A stretch of DNA of 33,176 nucleotides from a virus (Duplodnaviria > Caudoviricetes), in the IMG/VR virus record IMGVR_UViG_3300033067_000837, positions 1-33,176 of that record; one strand, given 5' to 3'. Under the pieces are notes generated by a model. The model was not told the origin of the DNA. It saw nothing but the letters and a program-made list of their open reading frames with translations, and did no database searches. Positions 26,393-33,176 of the stretch are shown piece by piece. How positions within the stretch are numbered: position 1 is the stretch's first letter; every line of letters begins with the position of its first letter. A program made the position numbers and the translations under genes.

Positions 26393-26899
26393 TCACACCT
26401 CCCTCAAATATGGTTCGTTAACCAGCACCGCACCGGGTAATTCTTCGCCGGCAAGCAAATGTTTTTTAATGGCTGCTGAAACTGGTTTTATTTCATGGAT
26501 AACTTTAAAGCAATCCTCCGGCCACACCTCAAAATTGGCGTTATCTTCATATGCCGGCCGCTTGTTATCGCACAAAGACAAGCTGATCACATCCCCATCA
26601 ATGCGTTTTATTCCTGCTTCAATCATTGACTCCAAAATATATTTTTTAACTCGATTAACCGCATTGGCAGAGCGCTTGCGTTTCTTGTCTGACTTCTCGG
26701 TTATATATTTATGCCTTGCCTCATCAGCTTCGTTTTCAGCACGAGCCTCAGACAGTACAGTAGTCAACCATGACAGTTTGCGTTTAATTTCACCTTGCAC
26801 TTGCATAAGGCGATGCTGTATCAACTCGTCATCTTCTTCAAAATAAAGGATATCGAGTAGTTCTTTTTGTTCTTGTGTTAGATCGTATATTGTGCTCAT
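26393..26899 (-). CDS. Gp157-family protein
   Basis: MSTIYDLT start, coiled coil, K.YI..SM...G.K, IKK.L.AGEELPGA.L end. Confidence 0.75.
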   Translation of the reverse strand: MSTIYDLTQEQKELLDILYFEEDDELIQHRLMQVQGEIKRKLSWLTTVLSEARAENEADEARHKYITEKSDKKRKRSANAVNRVKKYILESMIEAGIKRIDGDVISLSLCDNKRPAYEDNANFEVWPEDCFKVIHEIKPVSAAIKKHLLAGEELPGAVLVNEPYLREV

Positions 26900-26901
26900 T
26901 T

Positions 26902-27240
26902 TTATGTACCCTTGCATGTATTAGCGTTTTCTTTTATCCATTCAATTGCCTCACCTAATGTTTTACAACCGCTTCTTAAAACATCCTTGTTTCCAGACGC
27001 GAGCCAAAAATTTCCATCATTATCACGATATCCGCTTTCTACATCTCTTATATATCCGATATATCCGGTTAATCTATCCAATACGGTTATGCTCCCTAAA
27101 TTGGTATGTAATGCAATTTGAATGTTGTCTGTAATATCTTCATAATCAATTTTATAGAAATCATTTATATCAAGAATTGTGGATAGTTCAGCATCTTCAT
27201 AGTATGGTTTCCCTGATTTTTCATGAATTATTTTTTTCAT
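26902..27240 (-). CDS. Hypothetical protein
   Basis: Probable start MKKIIHEK with AGGTGA RBS; RD.ESGYRD..G.FWLASG. Confidence 0.65.
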   Translation of the reverse strand: MKKIIHEKSGKPYYEDAELSTILDINDFYKIDYEDITDNIQIALHTNLGSITVLDRLTGYIGYIRDVESGYRDNDGNFWLASGNKDVLRSGCKTLGEAIEWIKENANTCKGT

Positions 27241-27256
27241 TTCATCACCTGTATTT

Positions 27257-27288
27257 TTATGTTCCCGAAGCAAATTTCGGGAACATAA
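27257..27288. repeat. Perfect 13-bp-arm inverted repeat
   Basis: TTATGTTCCCGAA-GCAAAT-TTCGGGAACATAA. Confidence 0.9.
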
Positions 27289-27316
27289 TTGTTAATTATT
27301 GTTTAGTTATTACATA

Positions 27317-27979
27317 TCAAAATAGAATATCATCATCATAATAATCAAACTCGCCAGAATGAGGAGAAATAGTATACTCAGGAACAACCTCTGCCTGCGG
27401 CTGATTTCTTGCCTGTTTCATAATATGTGCATCCTCCACCCGAACCTTTTCATCCGGCGCCGAAACCCCCCTGATAAAATTTCCTTTTATATGCCGCTCC
27501 GTTCCATCTTCATTATATTGAACCGTTCCGTCTGGATTTTTTGCAGGGAACGAATACTCACCAAACGTAGCCATCACCGTCAACCCTGTAAACGCCCGGT
27601 TATATTGCTGATCGCTCAGGTCTGCCAATGACTTTGCATGTTTAGCCAATTTTTGAAGCCGACCGCCTGCAATCATGTCATATACCATCGCCTTATCGAT
27701 TGTAGCGTCCATAATTTCATCATCTTCGCTGAAAACAAACAGCTTAGCTTTTGCCGTACAGCCTCTGTATGCACCTTCAACCACTTTAACTTGCACCTCT
27801 AACAATTTTTTACCTTGCTTTGCCAGCTTGGCCGAATCACGCTCTTTATTGTCAACAATCTGACACCCGATCACGTTGCACAGTAATCTATCACCTTCCG
27901 GCACCCGTTTAAAATTTGCTGATTCATAGCTTGTTGATGGTGCAGCTTGTTCTCCGTTGCTTTTTGTAAATATACTCAT
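27317..27979 (-). CDS. Single-stranded DNA-binding protein-like (DUF669-type)
   Basis: F..VPEG start, V.EG.Y.G, N.I.G and acidic aromatic tail YYDDDILF; downstream of the Sak4-like gene. Confidence 0.65.
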   Translation of the reverse strand: MSIFTKSNGEQAAPSTSYESANFKRVPEGDRLLCNVIGCQIVDNKERDSAKLAKQGKKLLEVQVKVVEGAYRGCTAKAKLFVFSEDDEIMDATIDKAMVYDMIAGGRLQKLAKHAKSLADLSDQQYNRAFTGLTVMATFGEYSFPAKNPDGTVQYNEDGTERHIKGNFIRGVSAPDEKVRVEDAHIMKQARNQPQAEVVPEYTISPHSGEFDYYDDDILF

Positions 27980-28000
27980 GTTATTTCCTACTGTTAAAAA

Positions 28001-28195
28001 TTAATTAATTGTTACTCGTTTATTCCATTTTTCTATCGCCTTATTACCTCTAACTTCCGGCCTAAAGCTAACAAATGCTCCACATCCGTCGCTTCCATCA
28101 TCACGTTGACCGCATGTAATAAAAATAATTTTATTAATTCCTGTATGTATAAAAACAGTGCCACCACAAAATGGGCAAGCGAATAATTTATCCAC
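28001..28195 (-). CDS. Lar-like (restriction alleviation family) zinc-ribbon protein
   Basis: CPFCGG...I.C...GCGA...AIEKWNKR. Confidence 0.7.
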   Translation of the reverse strand: MDKLFACPFCGGTVFIHTGINKIIFITCGQRDDGSDGCGAFVSFRPEVRGNKAIEKWNKRVTIN

Positions 28196-28196
28196 G

Positions 28197-29063
28197 TTAT
28201 AACTCCAAATCACTAAAAATTACTTTCGACGTTTCATCGTCATATATATTAATCGGGTACATATCCGGCACATTATTTATGTCACGCGTCCAAACTTTCG
28301 CATCAAATGCGTTATTATTTCGCGTATAAACCATAATGGTTGGAGTAGAATTATTATCGGCAATATTCTTTTTACCGATAAAGCTTTTTATCTCCTTTGT
28401 TTTTGATTCGCTTCTCATGACATAGGTAAATCGTGACGCAGCAAAAAGCTTTTGCCCAAAATCGTAATTACCCCAGCTGAGAAGGTTTAACTCGGTTCGT
28501 TTGTATTCATCTCCGTCAAAATCCTGTCTTCTTTTTTCGTGCGTATGGCAAAGCAATAGAACATTTATGCCGCGTTTTTTAAAAGCATTTACAGCAACTA
28601 AAAAACGGTTCCATTTGGCCTCTACTTTCCCATAACCAGCACCGAAAAGATAATCGTCGATCGATTCTACTTTTTTAGGAACCTTGCTTTTTCCGTCAGC
28701 GCTTTTAACCATAATTGTCGGTTCTGATTCAATAACGTTTGCAATAAACATAGTTTCAAGCGGTTTTGCTGAATCGATTACAATAGTCTTATAGTTATGT
28801 TTTATAGTTATTAAATGCTTTAGCGCTTCCCAAAAATCATTTTCCTTTTCCGGCATCAATAAGCGGCCTTTGCTGTCAACAAACAAGCCGATATTTCTAG
28901 TACCAGACAAGTGTTCAACGCCAGACTCATTGGCTATAAAAAAAGGATCAGGCGCAAAACTTGCAAGGTTTGTTTTACCGCATCCAGGCATCCCGGCGAT
29001 AATGCCGAACCAAGCTGTTTTTATTGGTTCTGAACTAATAGTTGCGTTTTCTAAGAAGCTCAT
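28197..29063 (-). CDS. AAA_24 / Sak4-like ATPase (single-strand annealing recombinase family)
   Basis: Walker A GMPGCGKT, E.G, Walker B TIVIDS, GAGY and LLCH motifs; linked to SSB-like and Gp157 genes. Confidence 0.8.
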   Translation of the reverse strand: MSFLENATISSEPIKTAWFGIIAGMPGCGKTNLASFAPDPFFIANESGVEHLSGTRNIGLFVDSKGRLLMPEKENDFWEALKHLITIKHNYKTIVIDSAKPLETMFIANVIESEPTIMVKSADGKSKVPKKVESIDDYLFGAGYGKVEAKWNRFLVAVNAFKKRGINVLLLCHTHEKRRQDFDGDEYKRTELNLLSWGNYDFGQKLFAASRFTYVMRSESKTKEIKSFIGKKNIADNNSTPTIMVYTRNNNAFDAKVWTRDINNVPDMYPINIYDDETSKVIFSDLEL

Positions 29064-29242
29064 CGATGCAGTCCCCATAAATTTATAACCGCATCGTCAA
29101 CTGATATTAAATTAAACTTATGACATTGACATTTGCTTTTTTTAATTGCATTTTGAATAATCCTCTCCCCGCACCAATAGACAATATTGTGAGGAAGTTT
29201 AGAAGCAATCCATCGCTCTATTTTATACTTGTAAATATTCAT
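29060..29242 (-). CDS. Hypothetical protein
   Basis: 60 aa, WIA.KLP..IVYWC; ATGA overlaps on both sides. Confidence 0.6.
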   Translation of the reverse strand: MNIYKYKIERWIASKLPHNIVYWCGERIIQNAIKKSKCQCHKFNLISVDDAVINLWGLHR

Positions 29243-29397
29243 TTTTTCTCCACCTCATTCAAGTGCTTTTCCAATGCCTCTCCAATAAAGGCGATCATGG
29301 TAACACTTAGCCCAACACATGCCTTTTTAACGCGCTCGTGCAGGTTGTTTTTGTCTGGTATGGCATAGACATGCCTTTTTGTTTTATATTTTTTCAT
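29239..29397 (-). CDS. 52-aa ribbon-helix-helix-like regulator (not in ORF track)
   Basis: AAGGAG RBS; MKKYKTKRHVYAIPD..LHERVK.AC....VTM..FI.EALE..L. Confidence 0.6.
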   Translation of the reverse strand: MKKYKTKRHVYAIPDKNNLHERVKKACVGLSVTMIAFIGEALEKHLNEVEKK

Positions 29398-29466
29398 TTT
29401 TTCTCCTTTTTAAAATTCATTATTAGTCTATCACGAATATTTTAAAATATAATAATTATTTTAAGC

Positions 29467-31380
29467 TTATTTTTTCCAGTAGTAAAAAGTAGTTGGACGT
29501 TGTTTGCCAATATCTTTTTTCGCTTCAAAAATAGAACCATCGTCAAGCAATGACGCTATTATCCTATCCCTAATTAAAATATTGATTTGTTGCGTTTTTC
29601 TTGATAGCTCTCTCCTTGATATGCCATTCTTACCCGCTTCTTTAATGGCTCTGGTCAATATTTTAAACTGCCTTTCGTTTTCGTTATCAGATCCCAGGTG
29701 ATTAAATTTTTTGCAAAATAGCTCAACAGATTTTAATTCCAGGTCTCTGCACCAGTGCAGGACATCAATTGATTGACATTGATCAATCAACATAGCTTGC
29801 TGAATGGAGCGAACGGCGACACGGTTGTATAGTGGAATAAAATTAGAGTCTTTTAATTCGTTGCCGGTTTTTTTGAGCAGCACGGTTAAGTCATATTTAG
29901 CATTTGAATAGGCTTTGCTGACCTGCAATTCTTCACATTTTTTAAAAATGTTTTCTCGTGAATATTTATTTTTAAGCGCTGTTAACTTTTCAATCAACCA
30001 TCTTGGTGGAGTCAGTGACGGCTTAACTCGGCATGGCATCAATCGTGATTCACCAAATAAGATGCTATACCGAGCTAACATTCCGTTAGCTAAGTCAGAC
30101 GTTCTTAGCCCATCGAATATTTGTCGCTCCGTAGATAGCCCTAGAATCGACAAATTAGGCTCCGTAATGGTAACCCCAGGGTTGGTGACAGAATGCTTAC
30201 TACGCCAGCTTGAAGCGGCCCTGGTGTATAGCTCAGTTATGGATATCGTAATCTCGCGCGCATAAGTATTGGCATTTTTGCCGTTAATGCTATTCAGATA
30301 CTGGCCGAATTCATCGATAAAAAATAATAGATTGGGCGATCCTTCCAGGCATTCTTTCAGTGCCGCGCCGGATGCCAGCTTGCTGATAATATTGTTGCCC
30401 ATGTCCAGCTCAAGCAGCAAAGCATCAACGCACTTTGCCGGCCAGTCCTTACCCTCTCCTGATTCAGCCGCGCAAATAAACATGAGATTGCCTTTTATAT
30501 CCTCATAGGCAACATTGCGCCCTATCAACGTGCCAACGCAGACCATAGCGGCAGCATAGGCTATCGCCGGTTGTGGGTAGATTGAAGTGGACAATATCCA
30601 TTGCTGTATGTCTCGTGCTTCACAATCGAATGGAATGATATAGTCGATTGCACTTGATATGTTTTGAATCCATTCTTGGGCTTCATAATCAGGCTTAATC
30701 AGCGCTAAAAATTCATCTTTTGATAGCCCGCTATCTGATATGTCCTTACCAGGTAAATCGATTATTTTTACCGATCCTACAGACTTGCTTACATCCTTTT
30801 CAATTGTTTTAGCCAGTTTTAGCCCTGGCTCATCCTGGTCAGGGCAAATAATGACATTTGCGCCCTTAAACACTTCCGCATATTTACACTGCCATGAATT
30901 AACGCCATTAGGCGGCGAAGTTGCCAGCAAACCGTAATTGTTTACGATAAAATCAACGTCCTTTTCCCCCTCTGTAATGACAACTGTTTTCCCTTCTAAA
31001 TCATTCAGCGTATGCCGCATATAAAGCGGTTTTTCGATATGTTTTGTGCTCCAACTGCCGTCCGGCGCTTGTGCTCTAAAGGATTTAGGTTCGTAACGAT
31101 GCTTAAGATAAAGCACCTTTGCATATTCATCGGTGTAGACATAGGTTGCAACAATCCTTTCTTTTTCTGTTTTTTTTACCTCAACAAACCCTGATTCTTT
31201 CATGTGATTAAAAATTGCAGATTGATCGCATCCGGCGTGACAATAAAAAACAATTCCTTTTTCACCGTCAGATATCGATAGCGATGGTTTATTGTCGTCA
31301 TGCAATGGACATTTGCATTGCCAGGCGCCTGATGTACGCTTAGCACCGCCTATTTTTTTTGCTATTTGTTCGGCGTTCAT
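29467..31380 (-). CDS. Primase-helicase: Zn finger + TOPRIM + DUF3987-like P-loop domain
   Basis: CPLHDD..PSL...CHAGC; TEGEKD, PDQD..G, KDISD; AESGEGK and IDEFG motifs. Confidence 0.85.
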   Translation of the reverse strand: MNAEQIAKKIGGAKRTSGAWQCKCPLHDDNKPSLSISDGEKGIVFYCHAGCDQSAIFNHMKESGFVEVKKTEKERIVATYVYTDEYAKVLYLKHRYEPKSFRAQAPDGSWSTKHIEKPLYMRHTLNDLEGKTVVITEGEKDVDFIVNNYGLLATSPPNGVNSWQCKYAEVFKGANVIICPDQDEPGLKLAKTIEKDVSKSVGSVKIIDLPGKDISDSGLSKDEFLALIKPDYEAQEWIQNISSAIDYIIPFDCEARDIQQWILSTSIYPQPAIAYAAAMVCVGTLIGRNVAYEDIKGNLMFICAAESGEGKDWPAKCVDALLLELDMGNNIISKLASGAALKECLEGSPNLLFFIDEFGQYLNSINGKNANTYAREITISITELYTRAASSWRSKHSVTNPGVTITEPNLSILGLSTERQIFDGLRTSDLANGMLARYSILFGESRLMPCRVKPSLTPPRWLIEKLTALKNKYSRENIFKKCEELQVSKAYSNAKYDLTVLLKKTGNELKDSNFIPLYNRVAVRSIQQAMLIDQCQSIDVLHWCRDLELKSVELFCKKFNHLGSDNENERQFKILTRAIKEAGKNGISRRELSRKTQQINILIRDRIIASLLDDGSIFEAKKDIGKQRPTTFYYWKK

Positions 31381-31382
31381 GC

Positions 31383-31544
31383 TTAATTCATTTTCAGCTC
31401 TTTGTCTACCGCCTTGCTGATTAAGTAATCAATCTGTTTTGACATGCTGCGTTTATTTTGTTTTGCCAATGAGCGTAAAGCATCAATTGTGATTTCATCG
31501 GTTCGATAGGTAAATGTAATCTTTTTTTCTGATAAGTTTTTCAT
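31383..31544 (-). CDS. 53-aa Arc-like ribbon-helix-helix regulator (not in ORF track)
   Basis: MKNLSEKKITFTYRTDE.TIDALR.LAKQNKRSMSKQIDYLI. Confidence 0.7.
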   Translation of the reverse strand: MKNLSEKKITFTYRTDEITIDALRSLAKQNKRSMSKQIDYLISKAVDKELKMN

Positions 31545-31576
31545 GACGGCTACTGTGACTTGTTTTGTAAGTCATT

Positions 31577-31604
31577 AGCTTAACCTATATTGGTTTTATG
31601 TCAA
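31577..31604 (-). promoter_or_regulatory. Sigma70-like promoter for the RHH-primase operon
   Basis: Minus strand TTGACA-16 nt-TAAGCT; AACC-N6-GGTT palindrome in the spacer. Confidence 0.5.
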
Positions 31605-31611
31605 ACCTTTC

Positions 31612-31900
31612 AAAAACTCATGTCATAAAAAGTCGCGTCAAAACTCGCGCATTTGCCCTCAGTTTGACCTGTAACCCGCATGGCTCTAAGGATTGTTAAC
31701 TCAAGTCACGAGTCAAGTGCTTCTAAGATATATATACACATAGTTTCCTCTATATAAATATAAAATGTTAGTAGATTAATATTATTTAGTTTTAAGTATA
31801 TATATACATGTTAAAAAAAAATTAAATGTATATATAACAATAGTTTATAATTAAATTATAGGCAAAACTCGCGTCAAACTCATGTCAAGCTAGCGTCAAA
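31612..31900. other. Putative replication origin: AT-rich core flanked by iteron-like repeats
   Basis: AT-rich 31727-31860; AAA(C/G)TC(GC/AT)GTCA-type repeats at 31613, 31628, 31864, 31877 and a variant at 31888; next to the primase gene. Confidence 0.6.
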
Positions 31901-31928
31901 TTTAATGACTTTAGTTTTCAGCAGACAT

Positions 31929-31964
31929 AAAAAAGCCCCTAGTCACGCTAATGACTAGGGGCTT
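31929..31964 (-). terminator. Rho-independent terminator
   Basis: 13-bp perfect stem AAGCCCCTAGTCA/TGACTAGGGGCTT, 6-nt loop, T-run on the minus strand. Confidence 0.85.
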
Positions 31965-32087
31965 AGTGCTGCTGATAGAGCATCCAGACGAGGTAATTGG
32001 AAAGGCCGGCCTCTATCCCCGGTAATTTGTGCTTCTCGACACCCGATTATCCGGTACGGTGCTATTTATCGCATAGCTGCGGTTTTT

Positions 32088-32267
32088 TTATTTTAATCTA
32101 TCAATCAGCACTTTGTCCAACTCATGATTTATCCTAACCAACTCGGCCACCATATCTGCTTTCATGCCAAACCAAAATAACGCATCTTGTTTGTTTTTGG
32201 CATTGAGCGCAGCGGTTAGGCTTTCTATGCGTTGGCTAAGTGTTTCAATATCATTGCTTAGATTCAT
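32088..32267 (-). CDS. 59-aa hypothetical protein (not in ORF track)
   Basis: MNLSNDIETLSQRIESLTAAL...LIDRLK*; AGGTGA RBS. Confidence 0.55.
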   Translation of the reverse strand: MNLSNDIETLSQRIESLTAALNAKNKQDALFWFGMKADMVAELVRINHELDKVLIDRLK

Positions 32268-32439
32268 AATAGTCTATCACCTTGGTTAAATGGTCTCTAA
32301 TTTTTACGACATCATCAAAATATAAATAAGCTGAGTAATATCCATCGTTAAAAAATACTTGTATGTCTCCATCTTTGTCAAATTCGTTATCTATAGCTAT
32401 AACTTCATTTCCGTATTCGTTTTCTATTTTAAAGCTCAT
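32251..32439 (-). CDS. Hypothetical protein
   Basis: 62-aa ORF coupled by an ATGA overlap. Confidence 0.6.
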   Translation of the reverse strand: MSFKIENEYGNEVIAIDNEFDKDGDIQVFFNDGYYSAYLYFDDVVKIRDHLTKVIDYYESKQ

Positions 32440-32708
32440 AACTCACGCTCAGCTTTTCTTAAATTTATTCTAGTCAACCATAATTCATCAGATTTGGAAT
32501 AAATGCCAACGCATAACGAAGGATATTGTTTAAACATCTTTTTTGTCACTGCCGTGTCCCAAAATACGCAGTTTAAAAGCTTTGGCTCTTCATGGGCACC
32601 AAGGCCGCCTTCTTTTTTCCATCCTACTTTTTTAAATACCGCAACTGGCCGGTCATAGGGTGTTACGCTTATGCGGTCCAGTATCATTTCCATAGTTGAG
32701 TAGCTCAT
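32436..32708 (-). CDS. Hypothetical protein
   Basis: Probable start MSYSTMEM (ATGA overlap with the upstream stop). Confidence 0.6.
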   Translation of the reverse strand: MSYSTMEMILDRISVTPYDRPVAVFKKVGWKKEGGLGAHEEPKLLNCVFWDTAVTKKMFKQYPSLCVGIYSKSDELWLTRINLRKAEREL

Positions 32709-32890
32709 AATCCCCACCACCACCCAACAAATACCACCGCCACGACAACATACCCCAAAATCGCACAAAAAAGCATGCTGTCTTGATGTTTTATGTATAG
32801 GTCTAACTCTCTATCGAATTGTTCCTGTTCGCGCTTTAAATCGAGTCTGGCGCGTCTTAATTGTTCTACACTGAATTTAATCATGTTCAT
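32705..32890 (-). CDS. Small membrane protein
   Basis: C-terminal hydrophobic helix (LFCAILGYVVVAVVFVGWWW). Confidence 0.6.
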   Translation of the reverse strand: MNMIKFSVEQLRRARLDLKREQEQFDRELDLYIKHQDSMLFCAILGYVVVAVVFVGWWWGL

Positions 32891-33174
32891 TTTTTCACCA
32901 ATAAATTTGATTGATAAACATTTCTTATGTTGTCGCTTCTTTTACTGGGCTTACCGTTTTTGTTAATTACTATCCCGGAATATAAACATTCAGGAACCGA
33001 CCTTCCAAATGGTAAACATATACTAATTTTTTCAACCAAAACAGAGCCCATATGATCGGTGACGATATCGCCAATCTTCACAGCATTATTAGATAATGCG
33101 TAATCCATATACAATTTACGCTTATCTAAATCATATTTTTTTGTAATTTCAGATAACTTTTGTTTGTATTCTTC
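32887..33174 (-). CDS. Hypothetical protein (5' partial)
   Basis: The frame stays open to the window edge (EEYKQKLSEITKKYD...), beyond the ORF-track start. Confidence 0.6.
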   Translation of the reverse strand, partial: EEYKQKLSEITKKYDLDKRKLYMDYALSNNAVKIGDIVTDHMGSVLVEKISICLPFGRSVPECLYSGIVINKNGKPSKRSDNIRNVYQSNLLVKK

Positions 33175-33176
33175 TA

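Noticed and set aside
1-33176. Stop-codon reassignment, integrase/att sites, IS elements, rRNA/tRNA genes
   Set aside because: Genes are full length and tightly packed under the standard code with all three stops used. No recombinase, transposase or RNA-gene signatures were recognised.

Overview
A 33-kb slice of a tailed dsDNA phage (podovirus-like architecture, standard genetic code, no host genes). The + strand (1-21316) carries the late region: Zn-ribbon gene, scaffold, major capsid, decoration protein, adaptor/nozzle-type tail proteins, GNAT-like gene, four ejection-type proteins (one with a lytic transglycosylase domain), tail fibre/spike-type genes and a lysis cassette (holin, GH46-type endolysin, nested spanins). 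The - strand (21313-33176) carries the early/replication region: VRR-NUC nuclease, SF2 helicase, Gp157, SSB-like, Sak4-like ATPase, primase-helicase, two RHH regulators and an AT-rich origin-like region. The most striking signal is two foreign segments that look inserted as circles. A ~1.06-kb piece (PAPS-reductase-like gene flanked by gene fragments) is circularly permuted and sits inside the capsid-operon terminator. An 800-bp piece carrying a methyltransferase-like gene splits a resident gene. Several small genes are also bracketed by duplicated gene starts or leaders. All family calls are by motif recognition only; no searches were run.
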